Shown one piece after another: positions 51,245 to 64,000 of a DNA stretch of 64,000 nt. The DNA is from Eledone cirrhosa (taxonomy: Eukaryota). Each line of letters starts with the position of its first letter. The stretch's first letter is position 1. The notes beneath the pieces were generated by a model. It had not been told where the DNA came from. It worked only from the letters and a program-made list of their open reading frames with translations, and ran no database searches. The DNA lies in assembly GCA_964016885.1 (NCBI GenBank), contig OZ024742.1, positions 149,854,001 to 149,918,000 of the forward strand, written 5' to 3'. Position numbers and translations under genes: made by a program.

Positions 51245-52245
51245 GAGTGAGAGAGAGAGAAGAGGGGGAGGAGAGAAGAGGGAGAGGAGAGAAGAGGGGG
51301 AGAAGAGAGAAGAGGGGGAGAAGAGAGAAGAGGGGGAGAAGAGAGAAGAGGGGGAGAAGAGAGAAGAGGGGGAGAAGAGAGAAGAGAGGAAGAGAGAAGA
51401 GAGGGAGAGAGAAGAGAGGGAGTGAGAGAGAAGAGGGTGAGAGAGAAGAGGGGGAGAGAGAAGAGGGGGAGAGATAAGAGAGGGAGAGAGAAGAGAGGGA
51501 GTGAGAAGAGGGAGAGAAAAGAAGAGAGGGAGAAAGAAGAGGGAGGAAAGAAGAGGGAGAAAAGAAGAGGGAGAAAAGAAGAGAGGGAGAAAAGGAGAGA
51601 GGGAGAAAAGGAGAGAGAGAAAAGAAGAGAGAGAGAGAAAAGAAGAGAGAGAGAGAAAAAAAGAGAGAGGGAGAAAAAAAGAGAGAGGGAGAAAGAAGAG
51701 AGAGGGAGAAAGAAGAGAGGGAGAGTGGGAGAAAGAAGAGAGGGAGAGTGGGAGAGAAAAGAGGGAGAGTGGGAGAGAAAAGAGGGAGAGTGGGAGAGGG
51801 AGAGAAAAGAGAGAAGGAGAGAGAAGGGGAGTGAGAGGGGGAGAGAGAAGAGGGGGAGAGAGAAGAGAGGGAGAGAGAAGAGAGGGAGAGAGAAGAGAGG
51901 GGAAGAGAGAGAAGAGAGAGAAGAGAAGAGAGAAGAGAGGAAGAGAGAAGAGAGGAAGAGAGAAGAGAGGAAGAGAGAAGGAGAGGGAGTGAGAAGAGGG
52001 GGAGAGAGGAGGGAGTGGGTGAGAAGAGAGGGAGTGAGAAGAGAGGGAGAGAGAAGAGAGGGAAAGAGAAGAGAGGGAGAGAGAAGAGAGGGAGAGAGAA
52101 GAGGGGGAGAGAGAAGAGAGGGAGAGAGAAGAGGGGGAGAGAGAAGAGGGAGTGAGTGAAAAGAGAGAAGAGGGAGTGAGTGAAAAGAGAGGGAGGGAGT
52201 GAGTGAAAAGAGAGGGAGGGAGAGTGACTGAGAAGAGGGGGAGAG
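51245..52245. repeat. Polypurine minisatellite (GAGAAGAGGGG/GAGAAGAGAGG variants)
   Basis: Directly visible. Confidence 0.95.
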
Positions 52246-52451
52246 TTCACCCCACTATAACAATACACTACCAGCTGATTCAGCTATATTGGCATCTTGA
52301 AGCACCAATCCATCTCACCCATCTACCATTTCATCTACATCAAATAAATTAATATTAGGTCATCTATTTCTTTTCCGTTGTCTAGGTCAAAAGTTATATC
52401 TAATGTCTATATGTGTTTAATTACTTCTTTAGCTTGAAATTGAAATAAACA

Positions 52452-52482
<31 letters not shown>

Positions 52483-52775
52483 TGCGTGCGTGTGTGCGTG
52501 CGTGCGCGCACATCAGTGTTTGAATGTGAAGGGAGTGTTTAAAAAGTGAATGATGAGTGGCTGGATTTGTGAGTATTCATACATATGTGTGTATCCCCTG
52601 TATGTCATAAGAGGCAACTGAAAGGGTTAGCATCAGGAAGGGCATCTGGCTGTAAAACATTGTCTCAAACCATCCCATCCAACTTATTTTAGCATGGAAA
52701 AGTGGACATAAAAATGATGATGAGTGTGTGTGTGTGCATATATATATTGTGTATGTATATATATATATATATGTA

Positions 52776-53338
52776 TCCCAGTACAACCTGTCTCATGGTC
52801 GGGTCGTTGGCGACTAAACTGGCAACCCCACCAAGGTTTCTTGGTGAGGAGGGTGACTTTGGACATCCTGCAGGACTAAAAACAAAACCTGTCAAAGGGC
52901 AAAGGAGCTCTTAAGAGTCAATGGCCATCCAAAATCACCGGGAGAGATGACCCCCTTAGCCTTTGTCAAGGCAGAATTCTAGGAGAAGGAAAACTGATCT
53001 GCAACCCTGATGGTATCCAATGATGTTGACTTGTTCTTTTTGCTAAATATCATCTTGGTTAAGCGAGTGGGACTGGCTTTGTGCAGTGCCTTTGCTCACT
53101 ATAAAAGCTTCCCGGCACAGGCATTGCTTTATATCTGGAGATCTCTCTGCACTTGTCATCACATGGTACCATGGGCCCAGCACTATGTGTCAATAATTGT
53201 CACAAGTATAGTGTTTGTACCAGAGTTTTCAAGTCGCTGGCTGGACTAAAAAGTCGCACTCGTTCAGCGCATCGGTAGGGGTTCTCCTACATGGATATAA
53301 AGTAGTGGCCGTACTCGAAAACGAGTTGGCAGCCACCA
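52776..53338 (+). mobile_element. Non-autonomous bipartite RTE derivative (5'UTR plus last zinc finger and 3' end)
   Basis: Collinear similarity to 32690-32910 and ~33110-33130, then to 36490-36566 and 36994-37026. Flanked by (TA)n. Confidence 0.85.
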
Positions 53339-53370
53339 TATATATATACATACACAATATATATATGCAC

Positions 53371-53424
<54 letters not shown>

Positions 53425-54659
53425 AACTTGTAGAAGGTTTGAGAAGGTTCATTGTAAATGCATTAGTCTGTATGTGTAAATAATAACAAGAGTGTGTGTG
53501 TATGTATGTAAGAGAGAAAAAGAGTATGTGCGCGTGTGCGTGTGTGTGTGTAAATAACTAACAATAATGCCAAGATAGAAAATACTTTTAGATTGGTAAG
53601 ATAGTTTTATTACATCTGGCAAGATACATCTACATTTGTTGAGGTTTAGCCTCAGGACAACCTTGGTTGAACAGATATGTCTAAAAGTATTCTAACCATG
53701 CTTATTTCATCTTTTTAGGAATATATAGCACAAGATTATCTAATATGACCCTTATCTTTCATAAGATGTTATAGCAACATTTTAGGGGAATTTAGTTGCT
53801 ATTTATAGCAGATTCTCACTAGCAGAGAATTATATCAACAGCTCCCCACTAGTTATGAAAAATATAAGGCAGAGGGGGCATAAATCTTGCAAGTCACTGT
53901 GTTTATTACCATGAGGAGATAGCAAGTGATCTTGGTTTGTGGGATCCATCAGATGGATACATAAACAAAGGAAGAGGGAAAAAATGACATCGATAACCTG
54001 CTTGCAGGAAGATAGTGGAGTGGATAATGTAGGAGAGTTCAGATTGCTGATGATTGATAGAGAACTTTGGAGGGCATGGGCAACCTGGCAGTCAACATAG
54101 ATTTTAGCAGGTCAACTGACTACATTCTTTACATCATTGGCTTATATATATGTATCAGTTAATGTCTGGTTTTCCTGCTAGCGAGAGTTGGACAGGTTGT
54201 CACAGACCAAATGAGCACTCAAGCAAAGCTACTGACCTCACAGCTTACCTAATATATTCCTGCATTTCACTTACATATGTTCCTGAGCTCTACCAAGAAC
54301 ATTTTATCATGGCATCAGCACTAGGGAGGTTATCATGACTTTGACAAAGCTGAAGGCTCCTCTTGACTCACTGTTTGGCAGGTTTTCTATGGCTTCATGC
54401 TCTTCCTATCACCAACCACTTTATGGAGTGTACATGCTGCATCTATCATATTGATCACCAACACTGCTGTCTTTGACGTAACTGAAGAATTCTCCAAGCT
54501 TGACAAATCAGTGAAGATCAGTTTTAGAGCAAACATAGAAAATGGAAAAATGAAAGAGTTGGAAAGAGACAAATTCACTTTAATGGATCATCTCTTAATA
54601 ATATCAACACTTGTTAACTTCAGTAACAATTTTGACTGATAGATTCCTTTTTTTGTTGG

Positions 54660-54870
54660 TTACTACTGAGGTTTCCTTTGTCAAATGAGAATAAAATCAC
54701 CACACTTGATAAAGGAGCCCCGCCACAATGTGGAATGGCAGATGCAGCAGGTATCACCAGCTATTTTCTGCAGAACAGCACTTTGCCATCTTGTCTTTGG
54801 GGTGCAACTGAAATATCCTATCCAATCAAGAGTGTAGATTTTGCCTTCTCATTTCTACTCACTTTTTATT
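54660..54870 (-). pseudogene. Possible hAT C-terminal dimerisation domain relic
   Basis: Minus-strand RK*LVIPAASA resembles the ARKYLxIPATSA motif. The rest is decayed. Confidence 0.35.
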
Positions 54871-55566
54871 CTTTTTGTCATTCATAACTGCAGTTCAGAG
54901 TATTTGTAGTTTTCTCTCGTAGTTTTCAAACAAAGAAAAACAATTCTGAAACTAAACTGACAATGAGTAATTAGAACTTTGCATTGTTTTTCTGCTTTTG
55001 TTCTGTCCTGGAAGCATTATATTAGGTAAAGGTGAATGTCATCTAGGAGTCAGTCCACCCAATTCAAAACAAATTTGCCATTTTAAATAACATGAATTTC
55101 AGTTTATTTTTGCAATTAGAATTTATTTATATATTTATTTATTTTTAGATTTCTACAATTTAAATGTTTTTAAAAATTTTATTTCCTCCTCTAGGGTAGC
55201 TAAAATAAACACTGATAGGGGAGATGAGTTAATTCAGTCTATTATATCCTTTCCCTCTGAATGAGCAGTCATATAGCATGTGACAAATTAACTTGGCATT
55301 TTATCATTATGAGGCCGATTAAACAAAATACCAGTCATGTATTGGTGTTGATCAAAACAAATTTCTAGTTTTGTACCTATGTTAGAAACTATTGGATTGG
55401 TAGTACAGCTAGAGTATGAAATAATATGATATGCGGCATAGAGTTGCATCCCTTTACATTCTGAGTTCAAATTCAGCCAAGGATAGGTTTGCCTTTCATC
55501 TTTACAGGGTCAATAAAATAAAGTACCAGTATTGGCAGTATCGGTCAATAAAATAAAGTACCAGAA

Positions 55567-55745
55567 TTGGCAGTATCGGTAGAGAGTCGGACGCCATGCT
55601 TTCCAGCATAGTTACGTCTCTTTACGGTCTGAGTTCAAATCCCACCAAGGTTAACTTTGCCTTTCATCCTTACGGGGTCGATAAAATAAAGTACCAATAA
55701 TGTACTGGGTAATTGCTGGTCTTGTGCCAAAAGTAGAAACAATTA
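55567..55745 (+). mobile_element. SINE family A, preceded by an older partial copy and a junction duplication
   Basis: GGTCAATAAAATAAAGTACCAG.ATTGGCAGTATCGGT occurs twice at ~55508-55580. Confidence 0.88.
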
Positions 55746-58700
55746 TTATTATTATTTCTAGGATGTTGGATTGATAAATACTTTTGTAATTGGAATTTGG
55801 TTGACTGAGACTGAAAAAGTCTGTTGTATCACCAACATTATTTTTACATTCACTTTTCTATGTTGGTATGAGTGTTTGGGGGTATTTATGGTTCTATGAT
55901 CTTTTTGAATCCAATCCTTTCAGTTGCTTCTTATAACATGCAGGGTTATAGCATGCCTATTCTAAAAACCAAAATTCACACACATATACTTTATGTCAAT
56001 TTATATTGGTGAAGAGTTTAAACATAATCAACTGAAAAGCCAGCACTTTTCAATAATGTCCCATGAAGTATTTGTCCTGTACTGAAGTAAAGACACTTCC
56101 TTGACATGATTGTTGCCCAAAATCTAGTGAACCAGTAACCAATGACAATATTGTTCCACAATTCTGATATGAAATAGAAAATGTATGATACCAACATTAA
56201 CCTTGTATGTATGGTCCCCTAACTCATTATAGAGCTGTAGCGGCACCGTATTGACATACAGCGTTTCTTGGGCATTTTAAGTCTGGCAGAACCCATCCCT
56301 CTCCAGGAAGAATCGACCCCAGTACTAGACTGGTACTTTTTTTATTGACCTCAAAAGGATGAAAGAAAGTCGACCTCGGCGGGATTTGAACTCAGAGAGC
56401 TGGAACGAATACCATAAAGCATCCTATCTGACATTCTAATGACTGCCAATGCACCGCCTAACATTGACCTTAAGACTATTCAAAAGATATCTTTGTATTA
56501 TGAAAAATAAACAGAAAAAATAAACAGAAAAAATAGAAAGTATGAAAAAAGTTGATGTCACCTTGAATAAAAAAAGAAGGCAAAAAAAATATATATAATA
56601 ATGAAAGAAAATAGATGAAATGCTAGGAAAGGAAAACAAAATTATTTGAAAGAGAGTAAAAAATGTTAGGAAAAGGAGACAGAAAAGGAATCCGGAATAA
56701 TGGATAAAAAGAAGAATAGAAATCAAATGAACAATAACAACTCTAGCAGCAACAACAACAGTAACAGTGACAACAGCAATAACAACAATGGCAACAACAG
56801 CAAGGAGACAAGGAGAAAAGGAAGACTAAAGGAGGCCAAAGAAAATATTAGCTGAAAGTCAATAAGCAAATCACAATCTTATTCTATGACCTCGAATGAA
56901 GGAAATTGTATTTAGTTTCATCCCCTATTTAACTGCTGCTCTACAGATCGTTGAAATAAACTTCAATACTGAATGGTTTATATTAAGATTTAAAGCTGAA
57001 GTGAAGGTGGGATGGATGGATGGAGAGTGGGCTGATGTGGAGATAGAAGGGGAGGGATGTATGGAGAGAGGGTTGATGTGGAGATGGCAAGGACTTTTAT
57101 TGTTCCTATTGGTGGTCTATGATGCAGACTATAGTAGTTGTTATTTAGCCCCAGGTCAGCCTAATTAAATAGATCTATAATAAAAAACATGTCTAATTCA
57201 GACACCATGTATCCAATATTAAGTTATTCAATGCAACCTTAGATATCAGCTTCTTATTTAAGCTTATAGGGTGGAATTTAAGGGAGACTTGACTGTTATT
57301 TCTTGCAGTTTGAGCAACCATCTATATGGTAGTACTAATGGTGATTGTGGTTTGTTGTTTGTTGGGTATGGGAGAAGATGGGGAGAGCAATGCTAAGTTG
57401 TATTTGCACATGCTTTCCAAAAGAGAGTGAAGTTACTTTGTGCAATTTACTTTTAAAGTCCTAAAACCTTAACCCTATGCTTAGTCAGTTCTAAACATAC
57501 AAACTATCTTTTCCTTCCTTCTTTCCCTAATCACCTCTTCTGCCCCACACTCATTTCAGGGTTAGTGTAACATGTCAGACAGAACTAAGGTTAGGTGGGT
57601 ACAAAGGAATTGCTATTGATGGTGGTATTGGGGTGGAGTTGATGGTATTGGGGTGGAGTTGATGGTATTGGTGGAGTTGATGGTAATGGTGGAGATTTTG
57701 GTGATGGTTCATATGGTGGGGTTGATGGTGTGGTGATGATGATAGAGGTGATATTGATGGTATTGGTGGTGCATGTGGTTACTTGAGACCTTCCTCTCCT
57801 CCCAGAAAACCAGCATGATATCAAGATGAGGAAGGGGAGGAGAAAAGAGAAATAGGTGGAAATGTATGGTGTCAGGTGAGATGTAGGTAGGTAGAGCTGT
57901 TTATTTCTGTAGATTTTGTTTTTATTGTTGTTGTGTAACAGAGGAAGGACTAGACATAGGCAGGGAACTGTTTGGTATTTAGAGCTCCAGGCTGCTTAAG
58001 TGTAACACCTTTATCTTAGCTAGGTTTGTATTGGAATGGAAGGTGTGTGGTGGTAGTAGTGGTATTGGTAAAATTGTTGGTGGTGTTTATGGCTATGGCA
58101 GTGGTGGTAGTAATTAAGGGGATGATGAAATTGTTGGTGGCTGCAATTATAGTGGTGGTGGTAGATGTAATTGTTGTGGTGATTATGTTTGTGGCTGTGG
58201 TGGTTGCAGTTGTAGTGGTGGTAGTAGTAGTTGTAATGTTTGTGGTAATGTTTGTGGTGATGTTTGTAGTGCTGGTGATGTTTGTGGAGGTAATGGCTGG
58301 GGTGCTGGTGATATGTGTCTGTGTGTGTTGTGTGGGGTGGGTGGGGGGTGGGGGTGAGTATAGAGATTGATTTTGAAAAAATGTCAGGGTTAAGCATAGT
58401 CTATCATCACAGACATCCTTACAAGTAGCCCTACACTCTCATTACCTCCCGGGGTATGGGAGGGTGGGAATGAAAGTATCAGTTAGAGAAAGAATGAGGA
58501 GAGGAAGGGGGAGATAATGTGTTTGTGAAAAGGAGAAGGAAGTGATGGTCTGGACTAAGTTGTTTATATATCAAATGCTTGTATATATACATACAGACAT
58601 AAACATATATTTACTGGTATGTCTACCCAGACATACCAGTCATAGAGATACAAGGTTATCATAGGAAATATATATCCACCTATCATTTATTCATTCATTT

Positions 58701-59599
58701 ATTTAGTTATTGTTCATTTATTTGTATACTTGTTTGTTTGTTTTTTATCTACCACTATCATCATCATTATCATAATTCCTGTTTTCTGTATCACTCACTC
58801 ACTACTCCCTCAGACCTCAACATCATCTATATTGCTTGTTCACCCATCAACTCCTTTCTGTTGCCATATATCTAATGAAAGTCACTGCCTATGATTCTTA
58901 TATAATTTCGAAAATAATCAAGAATTTAGAGGGATTTAGTATAATTAACTTCCTCATTATCAAGTAGCTGTTTGGTTCTTGCATAAAACCAAGATGGAGG
59001 TTACTTCGATAAATATAAATAATTTAAAACAAACATTTTTGCATCATAGAAGCAGGGGTGGTTTCAGGCAGTTTGATATTGAAAGGTGTTAAATACAAGC
59101 AGTGTGCAACTAGAGTCTCCATATGTGATGTTTTAATATCAATAGATTCTCTCTTGATGAATGAACATCCTTAAATTAACAAAGACAGGCTTCAGTTTTC
59201 AGGGTGAGAAAATACTTTTTGTCCCCAACAACTGCTAACATTCAACAAAGCACATTTTAAGGTGTTCCATTTTGCAAACTTTTTGCCAATCATCTCATGT
59301 CAATTACCTTTGTATTTGAGTTGAGGAAATAACAAAATATGCCAAATTATAAGTTAATTAAATAATATTTAAAGGTTGCACACTTTCATAACTTTTTATT
59401 TATGATGATTGTTTTGGACCTGACCTGTGGTATATTGTCCTTCTGTTCACTTTACTGGATCCAATGAGGAAACCAGATGACAGAACAAAATGAAATGAAA
59501 ATTAACAGGAGAAATATGTTGGAAATACTCAATGATATTGGGGTTAAATAGAGAAACACTTTTTATGAATGAATTGTATTACCAGAAACTACTTTTTCT

Positions 59600-60060
59600 A
59601 AAGTTCTCAACTCATGTAGTGTAAGCTGAAGTTGTTCTTTGAACAGAACTATCTTGATTACATATATGAATTTAGCCATCCAATGAGCCTAGTGAAAAGC
59701 TCCCAAGACTGAAAATGAAAACTTAAGGAGATGGCCACCAAGATAGAGAAGGGAGAGCTTTATGAACTTGGCATAGTCTTCTTGGAGATGATCTTTAGAA
59801 AGCAGTACAGTCAATAGATATTTAATCATCTCCTCTTCCTTTTGCTTGTTAAAATCTTCCACGTGTTCATCATCATCCCCGATAATTTGATAATGAGACT
59901 TATCGATGGAGTTCCAACATTCCTGCAAATTTTTGAACAGTGGGAGACCAGGGCCAGATGATGGATGAAAGATATCAAAGACTTTCTTGAAAACCAATTC
60001 AAGAAAGTGATGGTAGTAAGCCAACCACAAGATGGATTTTTTTGAGAGCTGCTTCAATTT
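59600..60060 (-). pseudogene. DDE DNA-transposase relic (hAT-related, probably hATm-type)
   Basis: WLAYYHHFLELV, SSGPGLPLFK, EDYAKFIKL and GAFH*AHWMAKFIY resemble the LACRHHxxEL / RDDYREL / GAxHHARWMAKxIY family. The subfamily name is from memory. Confidence 0.65.
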
Positions 60061-60673
60061 ACAAGGTTCCTTGTTATATCTATATATGCGTGAAGCATTC
60101 TATTCAGCAGGAGATAGTGTTTTATTTGAAAGATTTCAAACATAACATTTAAAAAAATGTTTTGTGTGTGATAGAGAGAGTAGCAGAGTACTTATATAGA
60201 AGGTAATATTTGTAGAAGGTAATAGAATACACATGCATGCATACATATACACACACTCATACATTTTAGAGTGCCAGAATACATGTATGACAATAGTGGA
60301 TCATCTCTTCGTTTTTAATGATAACCACTCAGTTATTAGCTTACCTGAACTGCTTGTTAAATTTATATGCAAGTGGTTGAGTATTCCTTAGTCACATGTA
60401 CCCTTAATGATAATTCCAAGCAGATTCAATGTGGCACAAGTACAACTTGATTCCATACAGTTTCTTTATCAATCTCATTTGTAAATCAAGACTATGATAA
60501 GACATTTTCCCAGGTTGTCCCACAGTGGGATTAAACATGGCATCTCATGATTGCAATGTCAACTTTTTAACCACTTGGCCATGCAGTCACATACACAGAC
60601 ATATACATTCACTTACATATTTATAGAGATATATAAATACATATGTACATATATAAATACACTTACTCACCTA

Positions 60674-61526
60674 TTTGTAGAGAAAGGCAGTGCCAGAATA
60701 CACACACACACACATTTGTAGAGAGAGGCAGTGCCAGAATACATACACACACACACACATTTGTAGAGAGAGGCAGTGCCAGAATACACACACACACACA
60801 CACACACACATTTGTAGAGAGAGGCAGTGCCAGAATACACACACACATTTGTAGAGAGAGGCAGTGCCAGAATACACACACACACACACACATTTGTAGA
60901 GAGGCAGTGCCAGAATACATACACACACACACACATTTGTAGAGAGAGGCAGTGCCAGAATACATACACACACACACACATTTGTAGAGAGAGGCAGTGC
61001 CAGAATACATACACACACACACACACACATTTGTAGAGAGAGGCAGTGCCAGAATACACACACACACACACACATTTGTAGAGAGAGGCAGTGCCAGAAT
61101 ACACACACACACACACATTTGTAGAGAGAGGCAGTGCCAGAATACACACACACACACATTTGTAGAGAGAGGCAATGCCAGAATACACACACACATTTGT
61201 AGAGAGAGGCAGTGCCAGAATACACACACACACACACACATTTGTAGAGAGAGGCAGTGCCAGAATACACACACACACACACATTTGTAGAGAGAGGCAG
61301 TGCCAGAATACACACACACACACATTTGTAGAGAGAGGCAATGCCAGAATACACACACACATTTGTAGAGAGAGGCAGTGCCAGAATACATACACACACA
61401 CACACATTTGTAGAGAGAGGCAGTGCCAGAATACATACACATACACACATTTGTAGAGAGAGGCAGTGCCAGAATACACACACACACACACACACACACA
61501 CATTTGTAGAGAGAGGCAGTGCCAGA

Positions 61527-61558
<32 letters not shown>

Positions 61559-61710
61559 GTAGAGAGAGGCAGTGCCAGAATATATACACACACACACACA
61601 CACATTTGTAGAGAGAGGCAGTGCCAGAATACACACACACACACACATTTGTAGAGAGAGGCAGTGCCAGAATACACACACACATTTGTAGAGAGAGGCA
61701 GTGCCAGAAT
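60674..61710. repeat. Minisatellite: ~24 units of TTTGTAGAGAGAGGCAGTGCCAGAATA separated by variable (CA)n
   Basis: Directly visible and counted by eye. Confidence 0.97.
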
Positions 61711-61799
61711 GCAGACAGTGCACCAGTTCTAACAGCGGAAACCTATAAATAACTGTGGAACAGTTTATATAATCAATGGTACCTTGAGTGAAGAAGGGG

Positions 61800-61883
<84 letters not shown>

Positions 61884-63090
61884 ATGTTGGAAATTTGTTG
61901 TGAGTTGAAACTAAAGAGTGGGGGACAAAGTGTGGAAAGACTAAGAGAAAGAAAGAGTGGAGTTGAAACAGTTTAGAGAGTGGATTGTTAAGACAGTGAG
62001 AGTGGAGAAAGAAAATAAGAAAAATAAATCCAAAAATATATATGTAGATAGACAGAGAGAGATAGAGATAAACAGAGAGACAGATAGATAGATAGAGAGA
62101 GAGAGAGATAGAGATAGATAAGGCAGATAGATATATAGATAGATAGAGATAGATAGATAAGGCAGATAGATAAGGCAGATAGATAAGGCAGATAGATAAG
62201 ACAGATAGATAGATAGATAGAGAGAGATAGATAAGGCAGATAGACAAATAGATAGATAGATAGATAGAGAGAGATAGATAAGGCAGATAGATAAATAAGA
62301 TAGATAGATAGATAGAGAGAGATAGATAAGGCAGATAGATAGATAGAGAGAGATAGATAAGGCAGATAGATAAATAAGATAGATAGATAGATAGAGATAG
62401 ATAGATAAGGCAGATAGATAAATAAGATAGATAGATAGATAGAGAGAGATAGATAAGGCAGATAGATAAATAAGATAGACAAATAGATAGATAGATAGAT
62501 AGAGATAGATAAGGCAGATAGATAGATAGAGAGATATAGATAAGGCAGATAGATAAATAAGATAGATAAGACAGATAGATAGATAATATAGATAGATAGA
62601 TAGATAAGATGAATATAATAGACAGACAGTTAGGTAAACAGAGAGTGAAATACAGATGGAGGGAGAGACTGTATATGAGGGAGGTTGAGATAGACTCAGA
62701 GAAAAAGAAAGAGTGAATGATAAAGAGAGAGAGAGAGAGAGAGATAAAGGAGAGATAAAAAGAGAGAGAGAAAGAGAAACAGGAGAGAGAGAGTAGGAGA
62801 GAAAGACTAAGAGAGAAAGACTAAGAGAGAAAGAGTAAGAGAGAAAGAGTAAGAGAGAAAGAGTAAGAGAGAAAGAGTAAGAGAGAAAGAGTAAGAGAGA
62901 AAGAGTAAGAGAGAAAGAGTAAGAGAGAAAGAGTAGGAGAGAAAGAGTAGGAGAGAAAGAGTAGGAGAGAAAGAGTAGGAGAGAAAGAGTAGGAGAGAGA
63001 AAGGGGAGAGAGAAAGGGAGAGAGAAAGGGAGAGAGAGGAGAGAGAAAGAGAAGAGAGAAAGAGAAAGAAGGAGAGAGAGAGAGAGATCA
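61800..63090. repeat. Compound (GA)n, (GATA)n with AAGGCAGAT units, and 13-nt GAGAGAAAGAGTA arrays
   Basis: Directly visible. Confidence 0.95.
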
Positions 63091-64000
63091 ATATATTGAT
63101 AAGCTAGAAGCAAAGTTGTCTTCCTTTTTAGCAAAAATGGTCCACGATGGAAATTGTTTGTGTATGTATGTGTATGAAGAGATAGAGAACTTATATATGT
63201 ATAAATATCTGTTTAAATGTATGTAGTAATAAACTGCAAGAGTGTGTACATACATATTAAGATGGAATGTATGCTGCATATGTCAATTGTTTTACACTCT
63301 TTACACATGATTTTCATTTGTTTGCTTGGTTGTAATTTTTTGTATTTTAAATCAATGTTTATTTTCCTGATATAACTATAGTATAAGAGTATATACACAT
63401 ATATACATGTACATTTATACAGATATACTGTGTATACATCAATATACATAGTATATAAACACATACATAAACACATACATGAAGAAAAATGGATTTTCAT
63501 TGGTTCTGATTGTTTGATCAATAGAGCAGCCTACTTATTAAATTAGCATCTAAATGGCTTAGTATTCCACAGATATATGTACCTTTAATCTAATTCTTGA
63601 GAAGATTCAGCATGACGCAATGTGTGACAAGACTAACATTATAAATTACAGCTACAGTTTATGAAATTTAGACAGACAAACACACATGATATGCTTCCAC
63701 AAAGTGACCCATCTACCAATTTCATTCACAAGGCTGTGATCTACCTGAGGCTATAGCAAAAGACACTTGCCCATGTGTGCCATACAGTCGGAATAAACCT
63801 GCATCCGCATGCTTTAGAAGTGAACTTCTAAACTACACAGCCACAAGGGTTAACAAGGGTTAACAAGGGTTAACAAGGGATGCGTTCAGGCCACCTTAGG
63901 TAGAGAGTTCTGTTTTAAAAAATCTATTGCTGGCTCCATTTCATGCTGCAAAAACTGGTGATGAGCCTGTGACCTGTCCTGGGAGGCATAGGATGGATGC

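Noticed and set aside
51228-52268. Long R/E/G and S/L/P ORFs
   Set aside because: The polypurine repeat lacks stop codons by composition.
54397-54639. Protein-like 80-aa ORF
   Set aside because: It starts inside a LINE-UTR repeat, has no clear splice context, and adjoins a probable transposon relic.
58020-58397. His-rich and Val-rich ORFs
   Set aside because: Decayed (GGT/GTA)n trinucleotide repeat.
60674-61710. CRISPR-like repeat-spacer array
   Set aside because: The spacers are only (CA)n, there are no cas genes, and the context is eukaryotic.
60663-61723. Cys-rich 340-350-aa ORFs
   Set aside because: These are translations of the minisatellite and are open in several frames.

Overview
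Repeat-saturated animal genomic DNA, most likely from a coleoid cephalopod such as Octopus. That assignment is inferred from the SINE families and microsatellite density and has not been verified. There is no confidently recognisable host gene, and almost all listed ORFs are microsatellite translations. Main content: (1) an intact 1181-aa RTE-clade LINE (APE endonuclease, RT and three C-terminal C2H2 fingers) at 32.7-37.0 kb, joined tail-to-tail through one (TA)n tract to a 5'-truncated Penelope-like element whose 3' end carries a minimal hammerhead ribozyme motif; (2) a ~560-nt non-autonomous relative of that RTE (5'UTR fused to the last zinc finger and the 3' stem-loop) at 52.8 kb; (3) several unrelated 140-200-nt mini-elements, mostly sitting in (TA)n, that carry hammerhead cores, often followed by AATAAA, including a U3-A8 compensatory variant and one with a 55-nt branched helix II; (4) many tRNA-derived SINEs, LINE fragments (one with a PHD-like finger inside the RT), mariner, hAT and piggyBac-type relics, tandem and inverted duplications, and a 24-unit minisatellite; (5) a speculative two-exon 34-aa ORF next to a CpG-retaining, X-box-like region near 2 kb. 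All alignments and folds were done by eye.
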